Source of the DNA: Thermoplasmata archaeon
GTDB lineage: Archaea; Thermoplasmatota; Thermoplasmata; Lutacidiplasmatales; UBA184
Direction: 5' to 3'
DNA: 64,000 bases
Assembly (NCBI GenBank): GCA_021844945.1
Contig: JAKBSJ010000003.1
Span: 98,770-162,769, forward strand
Part shown: positions 8,750 to 18,022 of the stretch, one piece after another
How positions within the stretch are numbered: the stretch's first letter is position 1
How the letters are laid out: the number at the start of each line of letters is the position of its first letter
Translations under genes and position numbers: made by a program
Notes under the pieces: generated by a model
Databases searched by the model: none
What the model was told of the DNA's origin: nothing
Seen by the model: the letters and a program-made list of their open reading frames with translations, nothing else

Positions 8750-9280
8750 GACCGGATCCACGTTCGGGGCGAAGTACGCCTCTCGCATGGGCGCGAGTAA
8801 CCGCTCGAGCGCCTCCGGACCCTCCATCGCAGCATGGAACTCGGTCACATTCGCCTCTCCGGCGCCGGCCAGCCAGTCGATGCCCGGGGCCGGATACGGA
8901 GCCGGCGACGCGAGAGCGGCTACGGCGACCGCACGATCTACGAGCCGAGCGGCACACGCCAAGGCGTGAGGCCCACCGCCCGAGATCCCCCAAACTCCGA
9001 AACGCTCGGCCCCGAGGTGATCCGCAATCGCCCGGACGTCGGCCGCAGCATCCGCGATCGTGCGGCCGGGGTCGGCCGATGAGCCCCCATAGCCCGGTCG
9101 ATCGTACCCGACCAACCGAATGCCGCGCTTCGCCGCGTCCGCGACGTGGGCGGGATAGAGCGAACCGTTCATCGGCGTCCCGTGCAGCACGAAGACCACC
9201 GGCCCGGAGCGGGCTCCCCCTTCGGTAATCCGTAGGATGCGGCCGTCGGGCGTGGGGATCGTGCGTTCCTTTTCGCTCAT
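8396..9280 (-). CDS. Alpha/beta hydrolase fold protein
   Basis: HGTPMNG oxyanion region, nucleophile elbow GISGGG, and a C-terminal EEDGHL segment (catalytic His). ATG 9280 (MSEKERTIPTPDG) is preferred over the 9331 start. Confidence 0.8.
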   Translation of the reverse strand: MSEKERTIPTPDGRILRITEGGARSGPVVFVLHGTPMNGSLYPAHVADAAKRGIRLVGYDRPGYGGSSADPGRTIADAAADVRAIADHLGAERFGVWGISGGGPHALACAARLVDRAVAVAALASPAPYPAPGIDWLAGAGEANVTEFHAAMEGPEALERLLAPMREAYFAPNVDPVLRDLESLLSPIDKSVFASLGSYLIDATRQGLRPGVAGWRDDDLAFVGPWGFSLEEIRSPLTLWQGKQDRFVPFAHGQWLRDHIPHAVQNLTEEDGHLTLYQNRIPSVHSWLMTYLHR

Positions 9281-9436
9281 GGTGTGCGGTTCGGTGCGGG
9301 GGGGCGCGAGCGCGCACGGCCACCAGGGCATTCGACCCCTTGAGCTGGACGAATGGACGAGCCGGCGGACCGGCGGGCCGCTCGCTCGCGGACCGATGGG
9401 CTTTCAGGGAGACGGCGCTCGGACAAGCGGAACAGC

Positions 9437-9763
9437 ATGGACCTCATCCCGTCGGACACCACTCTCGAGGACGCGATCATCGCGCGGGTCTACCGCTCGA
9501 ACCTAGCAGACCTGCGCGACGTGCGAAGGATGACCGAGGAACCACGCGCGCCGGTCGTTGACGCGACGATGCTCGGACTCGTTCGAAGTCTCGTCGGCGG
9601 GGTCCTTGATACCTTGGAGGACCATCCCCCCCAGGGCCGCAGCGAGCTGATCCGAGCTGCAAATACGAGCTATAGCGCGATGGTACTGGGTATCGTCCTG
9701 TATAAGCATGCGACCGTCACCCCGAAGGTCCCGCAGCGGCGGACCCCCTCTGCGTCCCCCTAG
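9437..9763 (+). CDS. Hypothetical protein
   Basis: ORF with strong G/C third-position bias starting at MDLIPSDTT. No recognisable motif. Confidence 0.35.
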   Translation: MDLIPSDTTLEDAIIARVYRSNLADLRDVRRMTEEPRAPVVDATMLGLVRSLVGGVLDTLEDHPPQGRSELIRAANTSYSAMVLGIVLYKHATVTPKVPQRRTPSASP

Positions 9764-9775
9764 GCTCGCCGACGC

Positions 9776-10240
9776 TCAGGTCCGGCCGTATGTTCCCATG
9801 TACTGCGCGGACTCGATTGCCTTCGCCTTGGCGAGCGACTCCGCCTCGGCCGCCGTGAGACCGGGGTTCGCCCCGAGCGGTTCTCGAAGCGCGTAGAGGC
9901 GGAAGTAGTAGCGGTGAGGCTTGCCCGGAGGGGGGGACGGTCCGCCGTACCCGTACTTCTTCCAGCTGTTCTTTCCGTGTCGGCTCCCGTCCGAGAGCTC
10001 GGCGTCGACCGCCAGGCCCTCCGGCAGACCCTTCGCCGTCCCCGGGATGTCGTAGAGCACCCAATGCACCCACGTTCCCACCGGGGCGTCGGGGTCGTCG
10101 CAAATCAAGGCGAAGGCCCTCGTCCCGCGGGGCACCCCGACGAACTCGAACGGGGGTGACAGGTCCGGCCCGTCCGCCGTATGCTTCGTCGGGATCCGTT
10201 CGCCATCTTTCCACGCCGAGGTTCGGATGCTCAGAGTCAT
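9776..10240 (-). CDS. YbhB/YbcL family Raf-kinase-inhibitor-like (PEBP) protein
   Basis: CDDPDAP, GTWVHWVLYDIP and GKPHRYYFRLYAL are hallmark PEBP motifs. Start is ATG 10240 (MTLSIRTS). Confidence 0.85.
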   Translation of the reverse strand: MTLSIRTSAWKDGERIPTKHTADGPDLSPPFEFVGVPRGTRAFALICDDPDAPVGTWVHWVLYDIPGTAKGLPEGLAVDAELSDGSRHGKNSWKKYGYGGPSPPPGKPHRYYFRLYALREPLGANPGLTAAEAESLAKAKAIESAQYMGTYGRT

Positions 10241-10315
10241 CGATGCTCTCCCGGCCCCCAAGGGTCGGACCGGGGGTACCTCGGAGCTCTAGATGAGCCG
10301 TGCGGGGGTTCCGAC

Positions 10316-12226
10316 CTAGGCTCCGTCCGAGTCACCGGACTTCGGATCCACTACCTTGAAGTCCGCGTCCACCGCCCCGCCTTCGCCGGGAGTCTCTTCG
10401 GATTCGCCTTCCGCGGAGCTCTCGGAGGTCGGGGGTGCCTCGGGGGCGCCACCGGTCGGAGGCGGGGCCGTCTGCTGCGAGTAGAGATGCTGAGAGACCG
10501 CATGCAGGGACTGAGTCAGTTCCTCCGTCTTCGCCTGAACCTGATCCCGGCTGGCGTTCGTCGATTGGAGGGTCTCCCGCAGGCTCGAGATCTTGGCCCG
10601 AACGTCGGCGGCCTCGCTCTCCGGGATCTTGTCCTTCTGATCGGCAAGGAGACGCTCGGCTTCGTAGGCGAGGGTCTCGGCACGATTGCGGGCCTCGATC
10701 GCCTCGGCGCGCTCCCGGTCCTGAGAGGCGAACTGCTCGGCCTGCTTGACCATCTTGTCGATCTCGTCCTTCGATAGCTTGTTGGACGCGCTGATCGTGA
10801 TCCCTTGCTGGCGTCCCGTGCCCTGATCCTTCGCCGACACGTTCAGTATGCCGTTCGCATCGATATCGAACGACACCTCGATCTGAGGTGTCCCGCGAGG
10901 GGCCGGAGGGATCCCGGTCAGCAGGAAGCTGCCGAGCTTGACATTGTCCTCGGCCAGCGGGCGCTCTCCCTGGAAGACCTCGATCTCTACGCTCGATTGA
11001 TTATCGGACGGGGTCGTGAAGACCTGGCTCTTGCGCGTCGGGATCGTCGTGTTGCGGTCGATCAGGCGCGTGAAGACCCCGCCGAGGGTCTTGAGCCCGA
11101 GGCTGAGCGGCGTCACGTCGAGCAGCAAGACATCCTTCACCTCGCCGGCAAGGACACCGCCTTGAACGGCTGCGCCCATGGCCACGCATTCCATCGGGTC
11201 AACGCCGTGTTCGATCGGGCGGCCGACCTCGGTTTCGAGGAACTTCTGGACCATCGGCATCCGTGTGGGCCCGCCGACGAGCACGATCCGGTCGATCTGG
11301 CTCTTCTCGAGCTTGGCGTCCTTGATCGCCTGCTCGACGGGCGCACGGCAGCGGTCGACGATCGGGCGGAGGAGCTCCTCGAGCTTCGCGCGGTTCAAAG
11401 TGAGCGCGAGATGCTTAGGACCCTCCTGAGTGGCGCTTAGGAACGGGAGGTTGATCTGCGTCTCCAGGGTCGAGGAGAGCTCGATCTTCGCCTTCTCCGC
11501 GGCATCCCGTATACGTTGGATCGCCATCTTGTCGCGACGCACGTCGATGCCGCTCTCCTTTCGGAATTCTCCCGCGATCCAGTCGGTGATCGCGTTGTCC
11601 ATATCCGTGCCGCCCAGCTGCGTGTCGCCGCTGGTAGAAAGGACCTCGAAGACCCCTTCGCCGAAATCCATGACCGTCACATCGAGGGTCCCGCCGCCCA
11701 GGTCGAACACGAGGATCTTCTGCGTCTTACCGGCCTTGTCGAGGCCGTAGGCGAGACTGGCAGCGGTCGGCTCGTTGATGATGCGGACTACGTCCAGACC
11801 CGCGATCTTGCCCGCGTCCTTCGTGGCCTGCCGCTGATTGTCGTTAAAGTAGGCGGGGACCGTGATGACGGCCTTCTCCACCTTGTCGCCGAGGAAGGAT
11901 TCGGCGTCTCGCTTGATCTTCTGGAGGAGGAACGCCGACAGCTGTTGCGGCGTGTACTCCTTGCCGTGGAGGCGGTACTTGTAGTCCGTACCCATCTTTC
12001 GCTTGAAGGCGGTGACGGTTCCCTCGGAGTTGGAGATCGCCTGTCGCCGGGCGGGCTCACCCACGATGAGCTGGCCGTCCTTGGTGAACGCCACGTAGGA
12101 GGGGAACGCCTTTCCGCCTCCGACGGTGGTACCCTCGGCGCTGGGAATGATAACGGGCCGTCCTCCTTCCAGAACTGCCGCCGCCGAGTTGCTCGTTCCA
12201 AGATCGATTCCTATGATCTTTGCCAT
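10316..12226 (-). CDS. dnaK: Molecular chaperone DnaK (Hsp70)
   Basis: 636 aa with [29 protein letters not shown], a substrate-binding domain and a Gly/Ala/Pro-rich acidic tail. Confidence 0.97.
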   Translation of the reverse strand: MAKIIGIDLGTSNSAAAVLEGGRPVIIPSAEGTTVGGGKAFPSYVAFTKDGQLIVGEPARRQAISNSEGTVTAFKRKMGTDYKYRLHGKEYTPQQLSAFLLQKIKRDAESFLGDKVEKAVITVPAYFNDNQRQATKDAGKIAGLDVVRIINEPTAASLAYGLDKAGKTQKILVFDLGGGTLDVTVMDFGEGVFEVLSTSGDTQLGGTDMDNAITDWIAGEFRKESGIDVRRDKMAIQRIRDAAEKAKIELSSTLETQINLPFLSATQEGPKHLALTLNRAKLEELLRPIVDRCRAPVEQAIKDAKLEKSQIDRIVLVGGPTRMPMVQKFLETEVGRPIEHGVDPMECVAMGAAVQGGVLAGEVKDVLLLDVTPLSLGLKTLGGVFTRLIDRNTTIPTRKSQVFTTPSDNQSSVEIEVFQGERPLAEDNVKLGSFLLTGIPPAPRGTPQIEVSFDIDANGILNVSAKDQGTGRQQGITISASNKLSKDEIDKMVKQAEQFASQDRERAEAIEARNRAETLAYEAERLLADQKDKIPESEAADVRAKISSLRETLQSTNASRDQVQAKTEELTQSLHAVSQHLYSQQTAPPPTGGAPEAPPTSESSAEGESEETPGEGGAVDADFKVVDPKSGDSDGA

Positions 12227-12298
12227 TGGTGTTCCTGTCCGGGCGCCGCGCGCCCTCGGAGCGCCGGCCCGGAGTTCACGAATAGGTAGAAAGCATTA

Positions 12299-12308
12299 CT
12301 ATAAAAAC
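12299..12308 (-). promoter_or_regulatory. TATA-box-like element (minus strand gtttttatag) upstream of dnaK
   Basis: This is the only strongly A/T-rich patch of the 12227-12608 spacer. It lies roughly 75 nt upstream of the dnaK ATG, implying a roughly 50-nt leader. Confidence 0.35.
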
Positions 12309-12608
12309 ATATCTGACCAGCCTACCGAGAGCTAGTGCGGCGGAGGAGGTGCGGGTATGCTCCGGCGGCGGAATCGACTCGTTCGAGCCCGCACGGACGG
12401 CCAGCGCGAGGCGATTAATACCCGTTCGGGGTCATCTGGGCAATGGTCGCCACGTCGAGCGCTCGCACCTTGCCTGTCGACTCGCTCCGGGCGCCCATGC
12501 TCTGGCTCTGGTGAGCGGGAAGCGCCCGGAGGGCGCGTCCCATTGTGGTTCACCACGAAGGGGTTCCCCTCGGGTCGTTTCCCTCTTCCATAGAAGGAAA
12601 AGGAAACC

Positions 12609-13361
12609 ATGTACGGAAAAACGATACGACTGAAGCGGATATTCCCGGAGGAAAAGCGCCGGCTGTTCTCCGTCCCCCTCGACCACTCCGTTTCGTTAGG
12701 GCCGATCGACGGTCTCGAGGACGTTCCCGCCCTGGTCGATGAGCTCCAGACCGCCGGCCTCGACATGGTGATCGTTACGAAGGGAGCGGTAGGCTCACTG
12801 GTACGCGTCCTGAGACCGCCGACCCTGCTCGGGATCCACGTCTCGGCCTCCACGACGCTCGCCCCAAACTCGAACCTGAAGGTCCTCGTCGGGACCGCCG
12901 AGGAGGCGGCAGCGCTCGGAGCGGACCTTCTCTCGATCCAGGTCAACTTTGGCGTCCCGGAGGAGAGCGAGATGCTACGCTACCTCGGAATCGCGTCGGA
13001 TCAATGCCGGGCGATCGGTCTCCCGCTGATGTGCATGACCTACGTCAAGAAACCCGGCGGCGGAACCGCGGACGAGATCCGTCACGCGTGCCGGGCGGCG
13101 GCCGACACGGGGGCGGATATCGTCAAGACCGGCTACCCTGGTTCTCTCGAGGAGTTCCGCCGTCTGGTCCGAACGACGCCGGTTCCGCTGCTGTTGGGCG
13201 CGGGCCCCCGGCTGGAGCAGGATTCCGAGTTCCTCCGGATCGTTCGGGAGACCATCGAAGCTCGCGCGGCGGGGGTCTGCATCGGCAGAAATCTGTTCCA
13301 ACGTCATCCGGTCGGTCCGCTGGCTCGACAGATCGCGTCGTTGCTGCACGGAGCCGCGTAA
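12609..13361 (+). CDS. aroA': 2-amino-3,7-dideoxy-D-threo-hept-6-ulosonate (ADH) synthase, class-I aldolase family
   Basis: DhnA/class-I aldolase fold (FSVPLDHS, ADIVKTGYPG with the Schiff-base Lys). It sits immediately upstream of DHQ synthase II, which favours ADH synthase over FBP aldolase. Confidence 0.75.
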   Translation: MYGKTIRLKRIFPEEKRRLFSVPLDHSVSLGPIDGLEDVPALVDELQTAGLDMVIVTKGAVGSLVRVLRPPTLLGIHVSASTTLAPNSNLKVLVGTAEEAAALGADLLSIQVNFGVPEESEMLRYLGIASDQCRAIGLPLMCMTYVKKPGGGTADEIRHACRAAADTGADIVKTGYPGSLEEFRRLVRTTPVPLLLGAGPRLEQDSEFLRIVRETIEARAAGVCIGRNLFQRHPVGPLARQIASLLHGAA

Positions 13362-13372
13362 CCGCGAATCCA

Positions 13373-14401
13373 ATGCCCGACCCTCGGATCGTTCTCGCGC
13401 TGGTCGCTCCCTCGTCCCAAGAACGGGCCGGGCTGCGCGCGCGAGCCACTCGCCGCGGATTCGATCGCTTTGCGGACTTTGCCGGAGAAAGCGCGGTGCA
13501 CCCGGGAGAGGCGGTAGCAGAGGTGCGGCTCGTGACGGGCGGGCTCCTCGTGCCGGGATTCCCCACGCCGATCCCACTCATCGAGGTCGATCGACCCGAG
13601 GACGCCGAGCCGGCCGCGCACCGGCTCCGATCCGGGGATCCGGTAGCGGTGCGATGGCTCCGAGAGCGGGTCATACCGCTCGAGAACCTCGTGGCGGCTC
13701 GCAAAAGAGGCGGGACTCTTTGGGTGGTCACGCGCCGTTCCGAGGATGTCCCGTCGTTCCTCGGCGCCCTCGAGCACGGCGCGGATGGAGTGATCGTCGA
13801 GATCTCGACCCCGGACGACTTGGATCGCCTGGAGGCGGTCGTCGATCGCGCCGCCACCCCGCTCACCTGGACGGTCGCTCCCGTGCGTCGCGTCGCGAGC
13901 GCGGGCATGGGCGATCGCGTGATCGTCGACACTACGTCCCTCCTCCGCCCGGAGGAGGGGATGCTCGTGGGCAGTTCGGCGGGTCTCCTCGCCCTCGTTC
14001 TGAGCGAGGCGGTAGGGTCGCGCTACACCCGGCCGCGCCCGTTTCGCGTCAACGCCGGAGCGGCCCATCTCTACACCCTGCTCGGTAACGGCGACACCCG
14101 CTACCTTTCCGAGCTCCAAGCGGGCGATGCGGTCCTGGTCGGCCGGCCCGACGGCCCGTCCCGGGCGGTCCGGGTCGGTCGGATCAAGATCGAGCGTCGT
14201 CCGATGACCCTGATAGAAGTCGAGCACGGAAGGCGAACCTACACCACGTTCTTGCAGGAGGCTGAGACCGTTCGACTCGGAACGACCACGGGCCCCATCG
14301 CGACGACGGATCTCGCGCCGGGCTCGGTGGCCAACGTCGTCGCGCTGCCTCCGGCTCGACACCTGGGCCTCGCGGTGAACGAGGCGATCGAGGAACGCTG
14401 A
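13373..14401 (+). CDS. aroB': 3-dehydroquinate synthase type II (archaeal)
   Basis: 342 aa starting MPDPRIV. It has the length and conserved blocks of archaeal DHQS-II (VIPLENLVA, GADGVIV, GMGDRVIVDTTSLL, RPFRVNAGAAH, IEVEH). Confidence 0.8.
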   Translation: MPDPRIVLALVAPSSQERAGLRARATRRGFDRFADFAGESAVHPGEAVAEVRLVTGGLLVPGFPTPIPLIEVDRPEDAEPAAHRLRSGDPVAVRWLRERVIPLENLVAARKRGGTLWVVTRRSEDVPSFLGALEHGADGVIVEISTPDDLDRLEAVVDRAATPLTWTVAPVRRVASAGMGDRVIVDTTSLLRPEEGMLVGSSAGLLALVLSEAVGSRYTRPRPFRVNAGAAHLYTLLGNGDTRYLSELQAGDAVLVGRPDGPSRAVRVGRIKIERRPMTLIEVEHGRRTYTTFLQEAETVRLGTTTGPIATTDLAPGSVANVVALPPARHLGLAVNEAIEER

Positions 14402-15900
14402 TGGCGACGATCCCGCTCATCATCGTCACCCGGCCGGAACGTTCGATCGCGGAACTTCGTCCTGCCCTCCAGCAGATGGTCGGAACCGGGGCGGCGGCCG
14501 AGATCCGCATCGATCGACTTCCCGAATCCGAGCTCGATCGGTTGGACGAGCTGTTCCCGAGCCCCGTCCCGTTGGTCGCTACGTATCGCTCTCGAGCCGA
14601 GGGCGGAGCGGGGAGGGACGTCGGCACCGCGCGCTCGGACGTACTGCGCCGGCTCCTCTCTCTCCCGTTCTCCTACGTGGACCTCGAAGCTCGGAGCGAC
14701 GTGACCTTGGTCGAGACCGCCGCCGCTCGCACCGATGGACCGCGCCTGATCGTCTCGGCCCATCTTCCGGAGCGCGCCTCCCTCGACGAGATCGAGGCCG
14801 CGCTCGCCCTCCGGGGTCCGGCCAATGGATGGACCAAGGTCGTTGTTCCGAGCACCCTCGACCGCTTTTATCGGGAGATCCGCCCGATCGTGGTCTCCTC
14901 GAGGAGTCCGTCCTCCCCCCGAATCGTGCATACGACGGGACCGTCCGGTCCCATTCTCCGCGCGAGGGCGGCCGCCTTCGGTTTCGCCGGTGTCTTCGCC
15001 GGTCCGGCTCTGGACTCGAACGTCGCGACCGTGGAACCGTCGCAGCTGCCGTTTGACGCTCTCTCGCGGTACATTTCCGCGGGGAGCGCCGGACGCCTCT
15101 TCGCGCTGCTCGGGCACCCGGTGGATCACTCCTTCTCGCCTCGGATCCACGCGCAGTGGTACCGCACCTTGAACGAGCCCGGGCTCTACGTGGCGCTCGA
15201 TGTGCTCTCAGAGCAGGAGTTCGTGCACGTCTTGGGCCATCTGAACGAGGATGGCTTCATAGGGCTCAACGTCACGCATCCATGGAAGGGGGCCGCGCTC
15301 GGCGCGGCGAGCCGGGCCAGCAATGCGGCACGAGCTGCGGGCTGCGCCAATACGCTCACCTACGATGGAGGCGGCTGGTTCGCCGACAATTTCGACGTCG
15401 ATGCCATGGAGCGCCGGCTGCGGGAGCTCCGGGACGGTGGAGCATGGCCCGGCTCGGACCTGCTCGTCCTCGGTAGTGGAGGGGCCGCGAGGGCAACGGT
15501 CCTCGCCGCGGACCGCCTCGGGCTGCGGGCCAGCATCCTCGCACGTGACCCCCGTCGCGTTCGCACTCTCGTTCGGGACCTCGGCGCGGTGGTCCCCGAA
15601 CGACCCGATTCTCCGGCGTCGCTGATCGTGCAGGCGACCCCCGTCGGCCGATCCGACGCCGGCACGCTCGAGCTGCCATGGGAGGCGCACCTTCGGGCGG
15701 GCACGTACTTCCTCGACTTCGTCTACCGGCCGGACGAGTCCATGCTGCGGACCCGGGTCGAATCGCGCCAGGGCATCTACGAAGACGGCAGCCGGCTGCT
15801 CGTGTACCAGGCCGTGGAGACCCACCGTCGCTGGTGGGGGATACCTCCCCGCCCCGAATCCGTCGACGGAGCGTTGAAGGAGATGGGATGCACGGCGTAG
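14401..15900 (+). CDS. aroDE: Fused 3-dehydroquinate dehydratase (type I) / shikimate 5-dehydrogenase
   Basis: The N-terminal half has type-I DHQase features (EIRIDRL, VSAH, catalytic-Lys context GWTKVVVPS). The C-terminal half is AroE (LLGHPVDHSFSPRIH, GLNVTHPWK, VLGSGGAARA). Its start overlaps the aroB' stop by 1 nt (TGATG). Confidence 0.85.
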   Translation: MATIPLIIVTRPERSIAELRPALQQMVGTGAAAEIRIDRLPESELDRLDELFPSPVPLVATYRSRAEGGAGRDVGTARSDVLRRLLSLPFSYVDLEARSDVTLVETAAARTDGPRLIVSAHLPERASLDEIEAALALRGPANGWTKVVVPSTLDRFYREIRPIVVSSRSPSSPRIVHTTGPSGPILRARAAAFGFAGVFAGPALDSNVATVEPSQLPFDALSRYISAGSAGRLFALLGHPVDHSFSPRIHAQWYRTLNEPGLYVALDVLSEQEFVHVLGHLNEDGFIGLNVTHPWKGAALGAASRASNAARAAGCANTLTYDGGGWFADNFDVDAMERRLRELRDGGAWPGSDLLVLGSGGAARATVLAADRLGLRASILARDPRRVRTLVRDLGAVVPERPDSPASLIVQATPVGRSDAGTLELPWEAHLRAGTYFLDFVYRPDESMLRTRVESRQGIYEDGSRLLVYQAVETHRRWWGIPPRPESVDGALKEMGCTA

Positions 15901-16751
15901 CCCAGACGTACGGAGCGATCACGTTCGTCAACGCCCTACCCACCGGGGTCGGAGCAGCCGCCGCGATCCAGCTCTCGGTGCACGTCCGCGCGACGCTCGA
16001 TCCACGCACCGCCGGAACCGTACACGTGGTGCGCGGAACCTCCACCCCGCTCCTAGAACGGTCGGCCCTTGCCGCGGCGCAGCGGTACCTGGACGCGCCG
16101 ACGAGCGTTCGCCTGGAAGTCGATTCGGAGGTCCCGGTAGCTCAGGGACTAAAGAGTTCCTCCGCGGTCAGCAGCGCGGTCATCGGTGCGGTGGCGCAAG
16201 CCGCCGGCTCGCGACCGGATCCCCGCGAGGTGGCCCGACTCTCCGCCGACGTGTGCCAACAGATTGGAGTGAGCGCGACCGGAGCGTTCGACGACGCGTT
16301 CGCCTCCGTCGCAGGTGGCGCCGCGGTTACGGACAACACGGTTCGCGACGTCCTCCGCCGGCTGGAACTTCCCGCCGGATTGACGGTCGTGCTGTGGAGT
16401 CCGGGAACGCCCCACGCTCCGAGCCCGTTGGCGCACGCGCGGTTTCGGGCCCTCGCCCGGGAGGGGCAAAGCGTTGTCGACGCGATCCTGTCCGGGAGCC
16501 CGTTCGAGGCGATGCGACGCAACACCCTCCTGGTGGAGCAAGCGATGGGGTACCGCTACGGCGACCTCCGGGAGGCCGCCGAGGCGGCCGGTGCGATTGC
16601 GAGCGGCGTCTCCGGGCTGGGGCCCACCCTCGCGGTCGTGGTTCCCGAGGAGGTCTCCGAGCGCGTCCGATCCTCCCTCCGCTCGGCGGGCGGCTCCCTG
16701 AGGACGGTACCCTTCCAAGGGTCACGGGAGGCCCGGGGAGGCGAGTCGTGA
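15888..16751 (+). CDS. Shikimate kinase, archaeal GHMP-kinase type
   Basis: GHMP motif VPVAQGLKSSSAVSSA. 287 aa from ATG 15888, overlapping aroDE by 13 nt. Confidence 0.8.
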   Translation: MHGVAQTYGAITFVNALPTGVGAAAAIQLSVHVRATLDPRTAGTVHVVRGTSTPLLERSALAAAQRYLDAPTSVRLEVDSEVPVAQGLKSSSAVSSAVIGAVAQAAGSRPDPREVARLSADVCQQIGVSATGAFDDAFASVAGGAAVTDNTVRDVLRRLELPAGLTVVLWSPGTPHAPSPLAHARFRALAREGQSVVDAILSGSPFEAMRRNTLLVEQAMGYRYGDLREAAEAAGAIASGVSGLGPTLAVVVPEEVSERVRSSLRSAGGSLRTVPFQGSREARGGES

Positions 16752-18022
16752 TTCGAGCCATCCGGCCGGGGCGAGCGGAAGGCACGATCCGCGCCCCGGG
16801 CTCGAAGAGCTATACGCACCGGGCCCTCGCTATCGCGGCCATCGGGAGCCGAACGCTCCGCATTCGACACGCCCTCGATTCGGAAGACACCCGGACCACG
16901 CTCGAAGGTGTCCGTCGGCTCGGAGCCCGGGTCGACCGCAGTGCGGATTGGACCGTACGGCCGCGCCGCCACGGTCTCTCGCGCACGACGACCCTCTCGT
17001 GTCGGCAGTCGGGAACGTCCCTGAGGTTGCTCACGGGTTTGGCCTCCCTCGAGGAGGTGCCGGTCCGGTTCGTGGGGGAGGGCCGGCTTCCGGTGCGACC
17101 CATGGAGCCGCTCTTCGGAGCCCTCGAGCAGCTGGGAGCCCGAGTCCACCGACCGCGCTCGGGCCGTTCCCTCCCCTTCACAATCCAAGGACCCATTGCG
17201 CCGGGGGCCGTCCGCGTCTCCGCGGAGGATTCCTCGCAGCCCGTTTCCTCACTACTGATCGCGCTCTCGGCGTTCGATCGACCGTCGACGATCCGACTCG
17301 TCGGGCCCGTGGTCTCGGCCCCCTACATCGACGCTTCGGTGGCGTTCCTGCGGATGCTCGGACACCGGGTCGACGTTTCTCCTAGACAGTTCACCGTGCT
17401 CGGTCGCGTCCGACCGGCCCCCCCTTCGATCGAGATCCCGGCCGACGCATCCTCCGCCGCCTATCTCTGGGCCGCCGCGGCGATCACCGGAGGCGACGTA
17501 TCGGTCACGGGCCTCGATCCCAGGTACCCTCAGGCGGACCTTCGGATCTTGGAGGCGCTCGCGCTCATGGGAGCCCGCGTTCGCCGACGCGGCGCAACGG
17601 TCCGCGTCCAGGGTCCCCTACGGCGGGGCGTGCGCTTCGACCTGACGGATTCACCGGACCTGTTCCCGCTGCTCGGCGTGCTGGCCGCCCACGTCCCCAC
17701 CGGTTCGTCCACGTTGAGCGGGGCTCCGCATCTCCGCCACAAGGAGTCGGATCGCTGGGCCGAAACGATCGATCTCGCCCAAGCCTTTGGCGCCCGCACG
17801 CGCAGCGCGAAGGGACACCTCACGATCCGACCTCCCCGGCAAACGACGCCCATCCACCGCTCGAACGCCACGGACCACCGGCTCGTGATGAGCGCCGCCG
17901 TGGGCGCTTTAGCCGCCCCCGGCCCATCCCGCATCGGCGACGCACGGAGCGTCGCAAAATCCTATCCGGGCTTCTGGGACGACCTCGCTCGCCTCCTACC
18001 TCGTGCGGCAGGTGCTCCGTGA
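16748..18022 (+). CDS. aroA: 3-phosphoshikimate 1-carboxyvinyltransferase (EPSP synthase)
   Basis: APGSKSYTHRAL, SGTSLRLL and the LRHKESDR motif. GTG 16748 overlaps the upstream stop (GTGA). Confidence 0.92.
   Translation: MIRAIRPGRAEGTIRAPGSKSYTHRALAIAAIGSRTLRIRHALDSEDTRTTLEGVRRLGARVDRSADWTVRPRRHGLSRTTTLSCRQSGTSLRLLTGLASLEEVPVRFVGEGRLPVRPMEPLFGALEQLGARVHRPRSGRSLPFTIQGPIAPGAVRVSAEDSSQPVSSLLIALSAFDRPSTIRLVGPVVSAPYIDASVAFLRMLGHRVDVSPRQFTVLGRVRPAPPSIEIPADASSAAYLWAAAAITGGDVSVTGLDPRYPQADLRILEALALMGARVRRRGATVRVQGPLRRGVRFDLTDSPDLFPLLGVLAAHVPTGSSTLSGAPHLRHKESDRWAETIDLAQAFGARTRSAKGHLTIRPPRQTTPIHRSNATDHRLVMSAAVGALAAPGPSRIGDARSVAKSYPGFWDDLARLLPRAAGAP

Noticed and set aside
12311-12590. Possibility that the GC-rich spacer encodes SRP RNA, RNase P RNA, a tRNA or a C/D-box sRNA
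   Set aside because: Both strands were scanned by eye. No SRP helix-8 GGAA/AGCA motif was found (only a partial CCCGGAGGGCGC resemblance). There was no RNase P GAGGAAAGUCC-type CR-I block, no T-arm/acceptor pairing, and no C-box/D-box pair at sensible spacing. It is kept only as an unassigned structured region in the findings.
12332-12946. 204-aa minus-strand ORF bridging the dnaK/aroA' spacer and the 5' part of aroA'
   Set aside because: Half of it is antisense to the well-supported ADH synthase gene. The spacer half has no coding-type third-position bias.
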